DNA of 63,185 nt, the filler included, from Reticulomyxa filosa (Eukaryota > Protista > Foraminifera), in NCBI GenBank assembly GCA_000512085.1. It is 21 parts of 21 records of this genome, joined end to end, with 100 filler letters (N's around TTAATTAATTAA, not from the genome) between each part and the next. Parts side by side here need not be neighbours in the genome. Positions count along the whole stretch, not along the records: positions 1 to 4,657 come from ASPP01008988.1; positions 4,758 to 9,637 come from ASPP01028412.1; positions 9,738 to 13,580 come from ASPP01027283.1; 18 more parts are not named here. One strand, 5' to 3'. Shown here piece after piece: positions 1 to 11,674 of the stretch (position 1 is its first letter; every line of letters starts with the position of its first letter). Below the pieces are notes generated by a model. The model had not been told where the DNA came from and ran no database searches. It saw nothing but the letters and a program-made list of their open reading frames with translations. A program made the position numbers and the translations under genes.

Positions 1-1433
1 ATTGCATAAGTCGCAATAACTTTATTTTTTTATTTTTTTTTATGGCACTTTTTTTTAGTATAAAATTCGAAACTTGGAAAAGAAAAAAAAAAAAAAATCA
101 AACCAGCAACGTGAGTCGTATATAAAACCACAGCGATTAACAGAGCTTGCAATAAAAACAAATCTGGAAAATTCTTGACCAAATCAAAGTCTATATTAAT
201 CGAGGTCGGAAACTTTAAGTCAACGACACCAATAATGGACGGAGCTTTGTGATTATGTTTGTTCCAACTTCCTTTTTTATCATGGTACAAAAACTTTCCT
301 TGGAAATTGATAAAAGTGAAAAGAATGACAACAATCAGCGTCACTGGTATATTCTTCACGCGGCCCATGTACTTCCAATTCTTCCCTTGACTGTCGCCCA
401 TTTGAAGGACAGCAACACGACCAACGTGCATATACAAAACGCAAAGGAGGTCCAGTTGGCATCTTTCAGGTAGCGCAGCAACTTTAGGCTTTCGATTGTC
501 GTATTTGCCGTACCGCTCAACGCAAAGATAGATCGAATCTGCACTGCTGCGATTTGGATGGCCGCACCGCCAATGAAACCTTGCAGCACCGGGTATGATA
601 AAAATGATGCAACATTTCCAATTCCCAAAATTGACATTATCGTGTAAAATACACCTTTTTTTTTTTTTTTTTTTTTTTCACAAACTCCCATTTGCGCAAA
701 CAAGCAAACAAAAAATTGATAGTAAAAAAAAAAAAAAAAAATACCAGTCATGAAAGATAAGGTGTTGACTGCTGTTTCATACTCTTCCAGCGTGTTAGAT
801 TTATCTGTCAACGGATTGAATCTCGTCAACACCGAAGATGGTAAAACAGCACCCAACACGGAACATCCAAAGGTTATATGGCGAGATGTACCAAATAATG
901 GATACAAACACAGCCCCACACAAGATGTGTACAATCCCATCGCCGTGCTCACACCGACTATACCACTATACGCTATTTAAAACAAAAAACAAACAAGGAA
1001 AATCTATTTTAAATTGGAAAATTCCAAAAAATTTATATATAAAAAGTCCACCAGTAGCTTGAGGTATAAGCATGCCAATTACGCTCAATCCGGCAGCAAT
1101 GTCACCCCGAACCATACTTTTTTTGTATTTTGGTACCCAATTCTTAATGTAAACAATCGACCCAATTATTACAACCAGCTTTCTTAGATGATCAATCAAT
1201 CCCTCATCAGCTTCTTCCGGCTTTTTTTTTTTGTTGCAAAAATTTCCTTAAAAAAAAAAGGCATGATCGTATAATCTTACTTGGGTTAGATCGTAGTTGG
1301 GGTGAAGCTCTTTCAACGTGTCTTCCAAAACGTCTTTGCTAACTTGTTCGTTTTCTGATTGTAAATGTTGCACATCCTTATTATCAGACGTAAATGTCTG
1401 AATTTCCGATCCATTATCGGATACATCTGCCAT
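1..1433 (-). CDS. SulP/SLC26 sulfate/anion transporter, N-terminal part (multi-exon, runs off the window start)
   Basis: Spliced ORFs contain the SLC26 signatures GDIAAGLSVIGMLIPQ, GLYTSCVGLCLYPLFGTSRHITFG and SFLSYPVLQGFIGGAAIQIAAVQ; GT-AG introns separate the pieces. Confidence 0.9.
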
Positions 1434-1718
1434 TGTTTCTTCAGAGACGTCACAAAAAAACTAGAACTTTTCAAAAAGTACCGACTTTATATAATGCAGT
1501 TTTTAAAAACTGTACAACGATTCTTTTAACGATTGACACAATGGCTCTATTTAATTAACAATGACCAAATAGTGAACTTCTGCTTATCAATATAAAAAAA
1601 TATTTAAGCGATTTGATCAGGACGAAAAGTAGATTGTGACAAATGTCAGTTTTATCTTTTATAAATTTACAAATTTAAAAATGAAATACAAAGTAATAAA
1701 TAATCAAATGTAACAAAT

Positions 1719-1941
1719 TGTAGAGAAGGTTCCCCTTAGAGAAGTTTGCAAGTGTTTGAACACTCTATCGAGTGAATTTCCTCAAAACAAAAAGTTAAAT
1801 ACACTTGAAAAGGAGCTAACTCCAAAGAAAACAGAATAGAACAAAGAAAGTTTTGGAAAAGAAGTAAGGGAAAAGTTTTAGAAAAAGGATTTCGAGATTC
1901 CACTTGAACTTTGTTAACCACAAGGTAGGGCTTTCCTTACA
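1719..1941. mobile_element. Solo-LTR-like element (223 bp)
   Basis: TGTAG...TTACA termini with an AAAT direct repeat on both flanks (1715-1718 and 1942-1945); one end resembles the ends of the 3515 and 24261 elements. Confidence 0.5.
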
Positions 1942-2035
1942 AAATATTTGACAAAGATCACAATTGGAGTATATATATTATCCACTATTTTAAATCCTAT
2001 TAGAACAAGTTTACGTTCAATTCCGCTTAAGGAGC

Positions 2036-2210
2036 TGTAGGAACAGTTGTGGCTAAGTGTAATACGAAATGAACTTAGTTCCGAAAGCAATTCTCAGTAA
2101 AAAAGAAAGTAAATTAACAAGAATAATATCAACGAAATAAAGAAAAGAACAAAAGACAAAAGAAAGTAAGTGTGTCAGCAAGAAAGTTTAGCCCACTGGG
2201 GGCTGCAGTG
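2036..2210 (-). mobile_element. Truncated copy of the ~220-bp solo-LTR-like repeat family
   Basis: The reverse complement aligns by eye to 3551-3734 and 24300-24485 (shared core GGAACTAAGTT..TTTC.TA.TACACTTAG). Confidence 0.65.
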
Positions 2211-2220
2211 TTATATGAAG

Positions 2221-2376
2221 AGAATCGATTTTCTCAATGAAAAATAAAGATTTAAACATAATTTTTTTTTTAAATATATACTAATCTTGTAGATTTTAAA
2301 TATTAAATTGGTTTTATAATAAGTTTTTTCTGGTTGATCAAAAATATGATTTTTTGAAATGATTTTTAAAAATTTC
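2221..2376. repeat. Second dispersed AT-rich repeat (~155 bp)
   Basis: The reverse complement matches 53570-53726 on another contig (shared AAAAATCATTT, CTACAAGA and ATTTTTCATTGAGAAAATC). Confidence 0.7.
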
Positions 2377-3514
2377 GAATGAGTTCATATAAATTGAACA
2401 TAATATTTATCACAAAAACATTACTTCAAATGCACTATCAACAGTCCGATAATCAACGACTCGATTTTGAAGAGAAAAAATAGCAGAAAAAGTGTCAAAA
2501 TCAGTTTAGTTAATTTTACAACAAACGCAACTGAACTATGATTAGTGATGTCATCCAAACTTGTTTCAGAGACGCAAATTTCACATTCTTTACATTACAT
2601 CAATTTCTATAAAAAATTTTGTCTTGTCGTGACGGAAAATCGCATGGACACACCATTTATCAAAAAAAGTTATTTCATTGTTGTAGTATCAATCATGACA
2701 AACTTGTTCTGTGTGAAGTGATCAGTTAATATCATCAATTGATCTATCAAACAATTAAAAAATAAAAAGACAACTTACTAAATGTTGCTGCATCACTATT
2801 TGCCTTTTCATTTGTATGTGTTAGCTATTTTTTTATTTTCATATTTGTAATATTTACAATTTATTCTAATATTACTGGAACTAGCAGTCAAATGATCTTG
2901 GCTAAACGTGTAACTGCTGATTGGTACATATAATTGCATATTTAATGTTCCAACTTGAAGACAAACTTATAACTTAATGTTTTATTTGTCAACTTTAATT
3001 TGCATTCTATTGTATATGTGTATATATTTTGGAATATGTAGTATGTTCATCTTATTATACGTACATCTTATACACAACATCAAATTAAATATATATTTTT
3101 ATTTTAATGAATATATTTAGTATAATTTTACTTCTTGATTATTGCAATGTTTTATGCATTTCAATAAATTTTTTTTTTTGGTATTTTAATTATTAACTAT
3201 AACGTTGAGTAATCGAAGTTTGTATTCTGTTTGTTTCACAGTAAAACAAAAAAATTAAAAAAATGATATTTTCGACAATATAAATACGAATACAAATCTA
3301 GTTAACTCCAGATTTAACACGTCATGATATAATGTCATTTTGTAAATAAATACAAAGATCTTTTCAATATACTGCATTTCTAATATAATTATTTTGTTGC
3401 ATGCAAACAAACAAAATTGTAATATCAATCATATTTATGAATTTTGTAAATTTTTTGAAGATAAATATATATAAACTTTTTTTTCAAAAAATTTTAACTT
3501 GAACTTCTATATAT

Positions 3515-3734
3515 TGTAGGGTAAAGCAATATTATACAAGTTCAAATAAAGGAACTGTGGGACCCACTGTGAGCTAAACCTTCTTAACAACACAACTAAC
3601 TTTGTCTAGTTCTTTAGTTGTTTACTTTCATTGTGTTGTAATTATTTTCGTTAATTTACTTTCTTTTTCCTGAAATTACTTTTCGGAACTAAGTTTCCTT
3701 TCATATTACACTTAGTCTACTCACTATTCATGCA
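3515..3734 (+). mobile_element. Solo-LTR-like element (220 bp) with a 4-bp TSD
   Basis: TG...CA termini, ATAT on both flanks (3511-3514 and 3735-3738), homologous to the copies at 2036 and 24261. Confidence 0.7.
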
Positions 3735-4657
3735 ATATTGAGCTGGTTTATATCATAACAAATCATCTAATTTAACTGTTTTGTATGCTGCAGTACCAGC
3801 TTCATATTGTTATGTTTCACATAACAACCAAAAAAACACATAAACATTCATAACAGTCTCCCTTTTTCATTAATGTAGACAAAAATTAATAAATTTTATT
3901 TTTTAAAAATACGTATTTGAGTTTGGCTTTTTTAAAAAAGACATACTTTTGTGTAAAATGATGTAGCTGTATCCACCAAGGAATTCACAATGTTCTCTTT
4001 TGGCAAATATTTCAAATTAAATTTTTCAAGTCTACAGACTTGACGCCAGCTTCTTTTCCTGCTCATTCACATGCTGGTTCTTTTTCTCCAGCATTTTTTT
4101 TCATCTCACGACGTTCTTTACTGCCATAATTGGCCATGTTGCTATCTTCCAATTTCGCTTGTCCAACTTCTGCCATGCTTTCTTATTTTATCACTTGTCT
4201 TAAAAGCAAAAAAAAGTACAAACACGATCCTTTTTAAAAATCTTTTTTACTCCAACTTTTTTATTCAATATACGTATTTTACACATATATTTTTACATTT
4301 TCTTCTTTTCTTCGTCTGTGACTGAAACAACTTTATTTCAAATAATTAAAAATCAGTGAACTGACGCACAAACACACAAAACGTTATGAAATAACAATAA
4401 TAAATGCAAATTTTCGAACAAGACAACTATTTCCAAATATCTACAAATTGATTGTTGAAATGAATTGATTTCTAACTAACAATGAATAATTTGAAATTTT
4501 TACAATTGGAGGTGATGTACCGTTTCTACTCTTAATATGTGCAATATGAAAAGAAGGATTCAAGTCCCGGAAGTTCAATAAGATGTTTTAAAGTGTAGTT
4601 AACACATTAGATTTCTTCTTAACTTTAAAAATAGAAAATTTTTCTCTTTTTTTTTTT

Positions 4658-4757
4658 NNNNNNNNNNNNNNNNNNNNNNNNNNNNNNNNNNNNNNNNNNN
4701 NTTAATTAATTAANNNNNNNNNNNNNNNNNNNNNNNNNNNNNNNNNNNNNNNNNNNN
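4658..4757. other. Artificial contig spacer (N44-TTAATTAATTAA-N44); the same spacer starts at about 9638, 13581, 14945, 16045, 17829, 19190, 20421, 28174, 31965, 33543, 36666, 38768, 40655, 48169, 49467, 50715, 52050, 53433 and 55204
   Basis: Identical 100-bp blocks containing a six-frame stop linker; sequence content changes abruptly across each one. Confidence 0.99.
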
Positions 4758-6326
4758 ATTATCTCTAGGTATTGCCGGTGAATTCAAAATTCACCACCCA
4801 TTATTTATTCAATTTTTTTTTAAAAGAATGTAAATGGTTCATATGTTCATTGCCATTACGTTAATCAATGTAATATTCTTTTCATTTTCACGTATAATAC
4901 AACAAATGACATGTTACTTTTTAATTCACAAAAAAATTAATCAAAGTTTCTTTTTTAATCGTTATTAAAAAATAAATTATCATGATACTAATTTTTAACT
5001 CTTGAAACTACTTTATACAAGAATATTTCGTCGGCAATCCGGAAATAAAAAAATTACTTTTCTAAGCTTTAAAATTAAGTAATGAGATGAATGATGACAG
5101 ACGAAAAAATAAAAAATCTGGAACTAGACCCTTTTTAAGAAACTCTTCAATTCATCATAATTTTATTTTTGTATTTTCGATTGAAAAATGTATCGTTATT
5201 TATTCATTTCTTCCATTTATTGTTGCTGAGTATTTTATTAAACCAAGTAAAATTATATGGCTCAAAGGGGGTGTGTAGTTCAGTTTTTTTTATTTTCACA
5301 GACGTAATGCTTGTCTTTTGACAACAAACTACAAAAGTCTTGTCAGGAAATAGGGAACATTTCTTGTTGTTGATACACACAAAGTTTGAGTTTTTGTTTG
5401 TTAGTAGTTAAAACTTGACGTTAGTTGTTATCTATCAGTTCCACTACCAATGCCCAGATAACTGCACATGAATTGGTTATTATGTTGTCAAATCCATTTT
5501 AAAAAGTCAAGCTATCACTCAATTATATTTCACTTTGGAAAATTTTTTGTTGTAAGAAAAAAGATTATCGATTATTTTGCTTGAAAATGTTAATTAAACT
5601 CCAACATTATATGCATTTTGTTTTTTAATTGCTTTGATTTGCTACTTCTTTAAGCAAATGTTCAAGAGTTTGCTGTGAGTTCAAAGCAGCAGATAAGCCT
5701 TGCATAACTTTGAATGGGAATGCTATTGACAAGAGCGTGACACCACTCTCTAATTTTTTCTGAAATCAGTTGTTGCTGATTACACCAATGAACACATTGA
5801 TTGCAAATAAATGGAATATCAATCATATCTGGATTTATTTTGGTAATTTGCTGTGTCATTTCTAAATATATGACTTGATCAATCAAACCTCTTTGTTGCA
5901 TTCATGTCTTGATACTATTCATAGCAGTTTCACTTTGCTGTTGAGCAGTATCATCACTTACGCGTAATTTCAAATCAGATTCAGAGGCACTCTTTTCATC
6001 CTCAAATAATTTGCGTAGTGTTCAGGTTTCGAATTTTGGCTTTGTCTTAAGAAGGAAATTTGATATTCCAAATTATATTCCTTCAGCTGTTCCACGTCAA
6101 AATTATCTTAATATAAAGAATAGAGAGAGAAATTTGTTTTAATTACCTTCGTGTTGTCATATTACTTTTTTCATTCAGAAAAACAAAGGTTATTGTTATT
6201 TTGTTTACATTTAAAAATCTTCTCACAAAAAGCTAAGCTTTCGTCAAGTTTATGTATCACTCCCAGAAGAAATTTAATCAATTGCTCAATTTTGGCAAAC
6301 ACCGATATAAAAGCAAGCAATAATAT

Positions 6327-9300
6327 TTAAAATATCCCACCACGTTGTTTCACAAGCAGCTTTTGTTGAGGTGTCAAGCCATTTGTGCTCTTCCAAATAC
6401 TGTCTTTCATTGATAAACCACTTTGAACACCCACTTTCCAAACATATTTTGGTTGACTGCTTTCTGTTACGTCGACTATCTTGCCATCATCGCAACTCCA
6501 CAAGCGAATTGTTCTGTCCTCAGAACAAGATACCATTTTTGAACCATCTGGAGACAATTGAATGCTTTTAACTGCTCCATTATGTCCTTCCAATAATTGA
6601 ATTTGGAGTCCTGAAGATACATCCCATATTCGGATTGTCTTGTCGGTTGAATACGAAATAACTTTGGAGCCATCTGGAGTAAATTGTGCTCCCCACACAT
6701 AATCGGAATGTCCTTTTAACACATGAAGTTGTTCTCCAGATACTGCATTCCATAATCGAATAGTACTATCAAATGAGCATGATACAATTTTAGTTCCATC
6801 TGGTGAAAATTGTACTGCTATTACCAAATTCGAATGTCCTTTCAATAATTGGAGTTGCTTTCCGTACGACACGCTCCATATTCGAATCATTTGATCAAAA
6901 GAACAAGATACAATCTTAGCTCCATCTGGCGAAAATTTCACTCTAGACACATAATCTGAATGTCCTTCTAATACTTGAATTTGTCTTCCAGATAGCACAT
7001 CCCACAATTTAATTGTTTCATCTGCAGAACAGGACACAATCTTAGATCCATCTGGAGAAAATTGTGCTCCAGTTACACTATCAGAATGTCCGTTTAATAA
7101 ATGAATTTGTCTTCCTGATGATACATCCCATAGTCGAACGGTATTATCATTTGAATATGACACTAGTTTGGAGCCATCTGGAGAAGATTGAATTCCATTC
7201 ACGCCATCTGAATGTCCATCCAGTAATAGGAGCTGTTTTGCAGATAATACATCGTAAATTCGGATGGTATTATCATATGAATGTGATGCAATTTTTAAAC
7301 CATTTTGTAAGAATAATATACCACGTACACCACTTGAATGACCTTCAAACAATTGAATTTGCTTTCCTGATTGTACATCCCACAATCGAATTGTTTTATC
7401 CAATGAACATGATGCAATTTTAGAACCATCAGGAGAAAATTTCACTCCTGTTATAATATCTAAATAGCCTTCTGTTAACTGGACTTTTCTTTCTAAAACC
7501 ATATCCCATACTCGAATCGTTCCATCATCTGAACATGACAAAATTTTCGGCTCATTTGGGAAAAAGTCCACTCCATTTACAGTATCTGAATGTCCCTCTA
7601 ATATTTGAAGCTGTTTTCCTGATAACACATCCCATACTCGAATTGTGTTGTCATATGAACCAGATACAATTCTAAAACCATTAGGTGAAAATCGTGCTGC
7701 TTGTATGCTGTTCGAATGACCCTCCAGTACTTGGATTTGTTTTCCAGATAACAAATCCCATATTCGAATTGTATTATCGTCGGAATATGATAGGATTTTT
7801 AAGTCATCTGGGGATAATTGAATTCCATTTACAGCACTCAAATGTCCTTCCAATATGTTAATTTGTTGGCCTGAAGATGCGTCCCATATTCGAATAGTTT
7901 TGTCTTTTGAGTATGATATAATTTGTGATCCATTGGATGTAAATTGTGCACCAATTACGTCCATTGAATGTCCTTCCAATGTCTGAAGTTTTTTTCCAGA
8001 CAACACATTCCATACACAAACTGTTTTGTCATCTGAACATGACAAAATTTTGGAATTATCTGGTGAAAATTGTATTGCATTTATGGTGTCTGAATGTCCC
8101 TCCAACAATTGAATTTGTTTCCCAGATGGCCCCTTTATTCGAATAGTGCAGTCCCATGAACACGATGCAATTTTAGAGCCATCAGGTGAAAATTGAGCTG
8201 CAGTTACTGAATTGGAATGTTCCTTCCATATTTGAATTTGCTGGCCTGATGCCACATCCCATATTCGGATCGTCTTATCATCGGAACAGGACACAATTTT
8301 AGAACCGTCTGGTGAAAATTGTACTGAATTCACAGTGTCTGAATGTCCTTGTAATAACTGAAGCTGTTTTCGTGACAATGTATCCCATATTTGGATATTA
8401 TCATTTGAGCGTGACACAATTTTTGTTCCATCTGGTGAAAATTGGATTCCGTTTACTCCTTTTGATTGTCCTTCCAAATATGCATATTCCCCAAAGTAAA
8501 TTCCATTCATTGATGCATTTGTAAAATTGACTTTGTTTAAGGAAGCTTGGTAGAAACTAACATTATTTAAATTAGCATTACTAAAGTTAGTTCCTTCAAG
8601 AAATGCATGGTCTAAAATTGCATGAGCAATTTTAACATTCTCCCAATCTTGATAATGCATATTTACATTTGCAGCATTGAGAATAGTAATTGCATTTGCT
8701 GCTGCAATATTGGCATGTTCATTGTTTTTTGATGATTCAATAATTCGAAACAATCTCGATTTTAGATTCGCGAATATTGAATTGATGTCGTGAATCCTTT
8801 CTGCAATAAATTGAATTATGCCCAATTCTTCATTTAATAATTTACAACCAATAGATAAATCTTGAACATGCGTATCAAATTGTTGTTGAAATTGTTGATT
8901 GTTGATATCAACACCAGCAACAATTTTAGGTTTCCATGAAATGATATCAAATAAGATTTTTTGTGCTGCATAATATTCCTGACATGATTTATGTAAAAAT
9001 TGATATTTGTTCTCACCAATTCTTCTCAATACATATTTTGCAATACTATCTCCATTAAAATATTTTTCCCAAATATCTTGTGTTTCTACAGTTGAAATCT
9101 CATTCATTGTTTTTGTTTCCGTATTTTCATCCACAAGTTTGTATTGATTATGTTCTGGTTTTTTTGACATCTGTTTAGCTGTACTACTGTTAAAGAGTTT
9201 TTTCCAAATACCCTTCGCTAATGCAACTGATACATCTAATTCTTTTGTCTCCTCTAATTTTTCATCTTTTGTATCTAGTACTGGATCTAATTTATTCAAT

Positions 9301-9637
9301 ATTTTATCACTTTCAAATTGAATACTAGTATTTTCTGTTGCAACTTGATTTCCTTGAATAAACATGTCAAACGCTAAGTTTTGGCAATATTGATGAAAGG
9401 CAAATTTGATTTTTTTGGGATTTATTTGGATCCTTAACTCTGCTAATTTATTTAAAATATCTTTTACATGAATATCAATCCATTGTTCATTAAATGCTTC
9501 ATATACTTGTGATTTGGATATTTTAGTTCCAATAGAATGCCGTATTGTCAATGAGGGCAATACTGTTAATATCATTCGAAGTAAAAATGGTTCTTCCATC
9601 ATTTTATTCAAATTTGGATAATTGTTCAATGTTGTTT
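6327..9637 (-). CDS. STAND/NACHT-associated helical domain + pentapeptide repeats + 16 WD40 repeats (NLR/HNWD-like; 5' truncated by the contig end)
   Basis: 1100-aa ORF with EEPFLL, YQFLHKSCQEYYAA (winged-helix motif), AANAITIL, pentapeptides (ILDHA FLEGT NFSNA NLNNV) and 16 repeats of about 42 aa of the GHS...FSPDG..I.S.S.D.TIRIWD type. Confidence 0.92.
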
Positions 9638-9737
9638 NNNNNNNNNNNNNNNNNNNNNNNNNNNNNNNNNNNNNNNNNNNNTTAATTAATTAANNNNNNN
9701 NNNNNNNNNNNNNNNNNNNNNNNNNNNNNNNNNNNNN

Positions 9738-9777
<40 letters not shown>

Positions 9778-9859
9778 TTGTGTATATATTGTAAATCGGT
9801 CACAAAAAATGATAAAAATAATATAAATGTACGACCGCATAATACACTTGATATAAGGA

Positions 9860-10802
9860 TTGGTATTTCCAATGACCAGCTTGGGAACTGGGGCCTTGCG
9901 CAGTAAACAAGAAAATGACCTTGTGATCAAGGAGGCGGTGTCCAATTTTGGCTATGGTGCCATTGATAGTGCGGCTTCGCATGAAAGTGAATCTTCCATT
10001 GGTGCCTTACTTGCTGCGGACAAATCTTTACGCTCACGTCTTTTCTTATCTTCAAAAATATGGTCAACCAAATTGTCTTTTCAAGAGTCTTTGAAGAGCG
10101 TTCATAACTCCCTTGCTTCAATGAAAACTAACTACATTGATTTGTATATTACCAATTGGCCTGCTTGTTTCGATTTAAACGTTGAATGCAGCAAGACAAA
10201 AGATACAAAATGGGAACAATCATATGAAGCTTTACTTAAATTATATGGAGAAGGACTTGTTCTAAACATAGGTTTAATTCTTTCTTTTCCCTTTTTCAAT
10301 GTTAAAACAAGCTGCAACCAATTCAATACATATTAGGGGGGGGGGGGGGGGGGGAAAAAAAAAAAAAAAAGGTGTGAGTAATGCGGATGAAGACTTAGTA
10401 GACGTACTATTGACAGAGTTTTCGGTTAAACCACAAATACTTCACAGTATTGTTGATTTAAATGATTTGAACTGGGATTACTACGATTTCCTCCATGAAC
10501 AACAAATAATATTACAAGCATACGGAACTTATCGACGTTTTGTCGAGGGAAAGGGCCTAAAACAAGCTGAAATTAAAAAAAATGTAGAGAGCATAATCAA
10601 CGATATTCAAGTGAATGAAGGAGTGCAAGTATCACCATCGCAGCTGATATTGCGATTTTTGGTGGAAAATTCAATTGCTGTTGTGCCAAGAACTTCCAAA
10701 TCTCTTGAAGCCAAAGAAAATAATAATCTATTTGAGTTTGTTTGGACCAGCAATTACAATGTACGTTTGGGTGGACGACCAGATGAAAAAACAGAACTAT
10801 AA
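9860..10802 (+). CDS. Aldo/keto reductase family protein (one intron at about 10272-10371; 5' end uncertain)
   Basis: Motifs LGTG, GYGAIDSA, LFLSSKIW, YIDLYITNWP, IGVSN (across the splice), SQLILRF and VVPRTS. Confidence 0.88.
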
Positions 10803-11674
10803 TAGTTGTGGAGAAAACTGGTTCGTACAAAATTTTGGGTTTAGTTTGGGCGCATTTGAGTTTTCCACTATTTTTTTTTTAGATGCCTTAGTCGATTTAC
10901 CTTTTCTCACTTACAAGACATTGATATACCTTTCCAATTGAAAGTACATCCACATTGAAACAAAAATCCACAATATGGATTATGGAATGCCAAGAAAATC
11001 AAAAGATACTAGCACACATTAACACGATTTCAAACGAAAATAAAAACAAATTGTTGAAAACTTATTTGGTATTGCAGTCACAAACACTTCGCTTATTTCG
11101 CTTGAATTAAAAAAATATACAATTTTTTTCAATTAAAAAAAACATCATTAAAACGTCTAGTAATTACTTTTTTTTATCAATGAAAAAAAATTATTTTAAA
11201 GAAAAAAAAGACTATACGCTTTATTTGAATACAACTTAGTCTGCATGGAGGAAACCTCATGAAGTGTATGACATATTGTAATTTCAATACTCATTAAGGT
11301 AGTTAAAAGCACGATTATTGTCTTATTACATTACCTTTTATAAATTTTAATGTACCAGAAGTAATAATGTCAAGAAATAAACAGCAATGTCAGAATCAAA
11401 GCAGTTTCCTTACATTATTGCCTGCGGTCGTGTGAACATAACTGCCAAAAAAGCGCAAATTGTCTTGGCAATGTGTCATTTGACGAGATAAGTTTGCTTT
11501 TATTTATTTATTTGGTTTTGTCATACTTACATAACGACTTTTCATGTATTTGCAAATTTAACAAAAAAATATTATTATATAGATTTGTGACATTTGTTTC
11601 TTGTCCGTTGAACACAAAAATCAAATCAAATAAGCCAATAGCATCAATTCATTTACAGTTTCGGTGTCAATCGG

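Noticed and set aside
4658-4757. Regularly recurring TTAATTAATTAA within N runs as a CRISPR-like or biological repeat
   Set aside because: It is an artificial six-frame-stop contig linker. ORFs ending in XXX-LIN are artefacts, and adjacency across spacers is meaningless.
5662-6010. Small minus-strand ORF downstream of the NACHT-WD40 gene as a partner effector
   Set aside because: An in-frame stop lies immediately upstream within coding-like sequence and no motif is recognisable; likely a remnant.
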